In this document: one piece after another, positions 63,807 through 64,000 of the stretch | How positions within the stretch are numbered: position 1 is the first letter of the stretch | Layout: each line of letters starts with the position of its first letter | NCBI GenBank assembly: GCA_040954595.2 | Contig: CM082589.2 | Coordinates: forward strand, 6,507,186-6,571,185 | Direction: 5' to 3' | DNA: 64,000 nt | Source of the DNA: Balanoglossus misakiensis | Lineage: Eukaryota; Animalia; Hemichordata | Program-made: the position numbers and the translations under genes | The notes under the pieces: generated by a model | What the model was told of the DNA's origin: nothing | Database searches by the model: none | What the model saw: only the letters and a program-made list of their open reading frames with translations

Positions 63807-64000
63807 CTGAAAGGGAAAACATGGCGGCAATGTTCAAGTTTATATGACTATCCGACAGTGGCGCCGTTTACCTTTTTCAATAACAAATTAAATGCCTGGG
63901 GTTTAAATGACACCCAAACCACGGTAACCGAGTCCTACAACAAGTCTAGTGACGTGTATCCATACCCAGTGTTATAGATAGACTCGCACACCAGGTCTAT

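Overview
Eukaryotic, intron-rich genomic DNA with GT-AG introns, about 35-40% GC by eye and many short TIR elements. Gene content and repeat style suggest a marine invertebrate bilaterian, possibly a non-vertebrate deuterostome (inference). Nine protein-coding genes were reconstructed by reading splice sites by hand. They are: two tandem secreted multi-domain C-type lectin genes (3 and 2 CTLDs, minus strand); a DBH/MOXD1-like copper-monooxygenase-fold gene; an SLC16/MCT transporter; AHI1 (jouberin, about 30 exons); PSMB2; syntenin (SDCBP); and two convergent double-hot-dog acyl-ACP-thioesterase-like paralogs. Three observations stand out. (1) A ~65-nt three-way-junction structured motif with a 34-nt invariant core occurs three times in direct orientation inside one intron, with variable but still-paired flanking stems; it matches no ribozyme or element class I recognise. 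(2) The MOXD1-like gene has an intact 12-exon frame, but all six canonical copper ligands are substituted, so it is a predicted pseudoenzyme. (3) The lectin domains lack the canonical inner disulfide and are mosaics of each other. Exon coordinates are manual and may be off by a few bases. No database search was run.
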